Origin: Malacoraja senta
Lineage: Eukaryota
Direction of reading: 5' to 3'
Length of the DNA: 64,000 nt
Assembly (NCBI GenBank): GCA_038087875.1
Contig: CM075987.1
Span: 26,600,001-26,664,000, forward strand
Shown: piece by piece, positions 60,466 through 64,000 of the stretch
Layout: each line of letters opens with the position of its first letter
Position numbering within the stretch: position 1 is the stretch's first letter
The notes under the pieces: generated by a model
The model's input: only the letters and a program-made list of their open reading frames with translations
Databases searched by the model: none
Told to the model about the DNA's origin: nothing
Position numbers and translations under genes: made by a program

Positions 60466-60971
60466 ATGTGCATTGTCAGAACATGGAACCAAAAACTCAC
60501 AGAATTCTTAACAACATTGAAAAACCAGTTTAGGAGGAAGAAAATTGGCGAAGATAGTAATATGTTTAACCTTTCAAGATAAGTTGTCTTTGAGTATCTG
60601 TTACAAGTCTTTAGGGATTTTTATATAATGACATTTACACAAATTGTGCTGATCCTCTCACCTTTATCATCTCTTACACACAACCATCAGTAACCTGATG
60701 AAGCTGCACTCGTCTAAACTCAGATTCAGGTTATTCCTCCACTGGACTGGTGCCCGTCCATTGATTCTTTATCTGAGTGTCATATTGTTCTTCTCTGCAG
60801 CTGATTTAAATGCTTTAGTCTTTAGAGATACAGCGCAGAAACAGGCCTTGGGCCTACAAATTCCATGCGGACTCGGTGGGCCAAAGGACCTGTTTCCGCG
60901 CTGTATCTCTAAACTAAACTGATATTACATTTCCTTACATAAGTATTACACTACAGGTTTCGCACAAATGC

Positions 60972-61290
60972 CTTAGTTTAGTTTTGTTTTAGTTTACTTT
61001 AGAGACAGCACAGAAACAGGCCCTTTGGGCCACCGAGTCCGCGCCGACCAGCGATCACCCCGTACCCTAGCACTATCCTACACACCAGGGACAATTTACA
61101 ATTTCCCAAAGCCAACTAACCTACAATCCTGCATATCTTTCAAATGTGGGAGGAAACCGGAGCACCTGGAGAAAACCCACCAGGTCACGGGGAGAACGTA
61201 CAAACTCCGTACAGACAGCACCCGTAGTCAGGATCGAACCCGGGTCTCTGGCGCCGTGAGGCAGCAACTCTACCGCTGCGCCACTGTGCC
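60972..61290 (-). mobile_element. V-SINE (HE1-like), full length
   Basis: Tail, V-domain and A/B boxes. Confidence 0.88.
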
Positions 61291-61668
61291 ATTTAAATAC
61301 GGTGGAGTAAGATAATCTCACAATAACAAATGCGTAATGTTTCTCAAAGTCATCTGGTAGGTTTTTACTGGTGTGGAAATGGTTTGAAAGCACATACTTG
61401 CCCGTCATTGAAACAACATGCAGAATATCCTGTAAATTGATTCATCTACTGCCATGGAGGTCAAAAGGAACTGTTTGCTGATAATTACAAAGGAGTTCTC
61501 AAGTCCAGAGTTTCACCATTCACTTTGCCACAGTGACAATTTATAATCTAAGATGCCAGGACTCGAGGGTCTGAGCTATAGGGAGAGGTTGGGCAGGCTG
61601 GGTCTCTATTCCTTGGAGCGCAGGAGGATGAGGGGTGATCCTATAGAGGTGTATAAAATCATGAGAGG

Positions 61669-62404
61669 CAGGGGCGGAAAACCCGGGGGGGGCCAGAGGG
61701 GACACGTCCCCTCCATGTTTTGAGAGGTGGGGGACAACCCCCCCCCCCCCCACGTTTTTGTGATCCGTATATTAAAACCCGGTGAAATCTCCGTTTTCCG
61801 CGAGACAGTGGGGGTGGGACTGAAGATCGAGGGCGCCGATTGGACGAGAGAGACGTCAGTCAGCAGGCAATGGGGGCGGGACATGATAATTCAGCGCAAT
61901 GATTGGAGGAGGGAGACGTGGCATAGGCCTGCGCTTCATTCGCAGGCTGGATCGAACCCGGCCGGGTCTCCGGCGCTGTCCTGTCCCCACCCGAGTGACC
62001 AACCCCCCCCCCCCACCACGGGTGGCCGGAGAGGTCGGCAGCAAAGATCCTCCGCTATAGGATCTTTGGTCGGGAGTCAGACGGGCGCGGTGCCCCCCAG
62101 GCCCACAGCCAGCGCAGAGAAACAGCGCTAAACCCAGCTCAACTCTGCCTGTCCAACCAGGTGAGCCTATAGCCTTCCTGGACGCGGGAAATATGGCCAG
62201 CGCGGAGAAGCAGCGCTGGTGTCCCGTCAGTCCAGGCAGGGCTGTAGTTAACCCGGTGAGACAGGCAGAGTTGAGCTGCATTTAGCGCTGGATTGAGCCT
62301 CCGAAGCCTCGCGTGTGTGTGTGTGAGCGTGCGCATGCGCGCGCGGCCGACAAAAAATTGTGTCCCCCGTCCCCTCCATGTTTTGATAGCGAGTTCCGTT
62401 CTTG
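61669..62404. mobile_element. GC-rich hAT-type MITE inserted in a CR1 fragment
   Basis: Perfect 8-bp TSD ATGAGAGG (61661-61668, 62405-62412); termini CAGGGGCGGAAA / GTTCCGTTCTTG (degenerate TIR); subterminal direct repeat GTCCCCTCCATGTTTTGA at both ends. Confidence 0.78.
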
Positions 62405-63110
62405 ATGAGAGGAAGAGATCGGGTAGATGCACAGAGTCCCTTGCCCAGAGAAGGGCAATCGAGGACCTCAGGTGCTGACTGTGTGTGGAGTTTGTACCTC
62501 CTCCGATTGTATCGGGGAGCTCCGGTTTCCTCCCACATCCCATTGACATGCGGACATGTATTCCGGTTAGCACGCAACAAAAGCTTTTCACTGTACCTCG
62601 GTACACGTGGCAATAAACTAAACTGCAAACCGTAAACCATCACTGACGAACTTGTGAACTTAGGTTTGCTCTTCAATCTTTTGTCCCTCGTTTCAAAATA
62701 GATCCTTTGGTTATTTAACGTTGTGGCCATTTGTCGTGCTCAAATTGGCGGTTGTATTCAAGATATTTCAACAGCAAATATATATTTAAAATACTTAATT
62801 GGCTGTAAAGTGCTTTGGGGGCATCGTAAGGTCACGGGAGGTGCAGCATTAATGCTCCTCCTTCAGTTTATATTCTGCAATTAAACTGGCATTCATTTAA
62901 CTCTCTTGCCAATTATGTAGTTTTACAGTTTACGACCCTGAAATAGGTCTGTGTAACGACAAAATTAAAAAAATGTGCTGCAGAGTTTAAAATGACATTA
63001 ATGCGGAGTGAGAAATGTTTTGTGAACTTTATTTGGGGGGGGGGGGAAGCTAAGGGTGGGGGGGGGGGGTACTGAACGAGGGTGGGTCGGTGTAAATTTG
63101 TACATTGTAC

Positions 63111-63749
63111 AAGACCGAGATGAGGAAAAACTTTTTCACACAGAGAGTGGTGAATCTCTGGAACTCTCTGCCACAGAGGGTAGTTGAGGCCAGTTCATTG
63201 GCTATATATTTTTTATTTTTTTATTTTTATTTTATTAGAAGTAAGTACAATTGTATACAATCATATTTTCATAATACCTTTTATGTACAGCTTCTTATTT
63301 TAAATTTTTTTTGAAATAAAGAAGAAAAAGAAAAAAGTTAGATAATGAAAAATAGAAAAATGTGAGATATATAGTGTGTGAAAAAGAAAAATAAAGAATG
63401 AAATAAGAAAGTTGAGACATAGAAAATAGAAGAGAGAGAATAAAAGAAAAGATGAGAAGAAAAGAAAATAGAAGGAGATCATTTATAATCTTGACCATCC
63501 GCAGTCACGGATTAGCTTTTACACCTGTTTTGCACCATACGTTTCCAAAAAGACGACAAACATTGGCTATATTTAAGAGGGAGTTAGATGTGGCCCTTGT
63601 GGCAAAGGGGATCAGGGGGTATGGAGAGAAGGCAGGTACGGGATACTGAGTTGGATGATCAGCCATGATCATATTGAATGGCGGTGCCGGCTCGAAGGGC
63701 CGAATGGCCTACTCCTGCACCTATTTTCTATGTATCTATGTATCTATGT
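63111..63749 (+). mobile_element. CR1 3' fragment split by a minus-strand L1 3' UTR (63208-63560)
   Basis: 12-bp TSD CATTGGCTATAT (63196-63207, 63561-63572); CR1 frame KTEMRKNFFTQ...LAI|FKRELDVAL resumes after the insert. Confidence 0.9.
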
Positions 63750-64000
63750 ACATTTCCTTTAACATCGTCTGCTTTGATCTGTCCTTTTCACACCTTACGT
63801 CCTCTTTATACCCTTCCATATCTCTGTTTTCCCTCTATAAGATCACCCCCTCATCCTCCTGCGCTCCAAGGAACAGAGTCCCAGCCTTCACCTAAACCCA
63901 TGTCCTCTGGTCCTCGATTCCCCTACTCTGGGCAAGTGGCTGCGTGCGTCTACTCGATCTATTCCTCTCATGATTTTGTACACCTGTATAACAACACCCT

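Overview
Repeat-saturated vertebrate genomic DNA (intergenic or deep intronic) with no recognisable host protein-coding gene, and a 200-N assembly gap at 38978-39177. The repeat set (tRNA-derived V-SINEs of the HE1 type, partner CR1/HER1-type LINEs, Neptune-type Penelope-like elements) points to a cartilaginous fish, probably a skate or ray; this is inference. Three elements keep long open frames: a Penelope-like RT plus GIY-YIG ORF (19882-22155, minus), a full-length Tc1 DD34E transposon resembling Passport (23551-25171), and a 5'-truncated CR1 ORF2 (44292-46952). Also present are L1, L2, Rex1/Babar-like, Vingi-like and RTE-like fragments, PIF/Harbinger and hAT MITEs and a Helitron-like tandem array, many nested with readable target-site duplications (TSDs). 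The most striking signals are two kinds of self-cleaving-RNA motif. One is a 140-bp TSD-flanked mini-retroelement at 33596-33735 whose first 54 nt fold as a compact HDV/CPEB3-like ribozyme and which ends in a Vingi-type (AAG)n tail. The other is roughly two dozen minimal hammerhead-like motifs from Penelope 3' ends, often arranged as hairpins, one of them carried inside a DNA-transposon MITE family.
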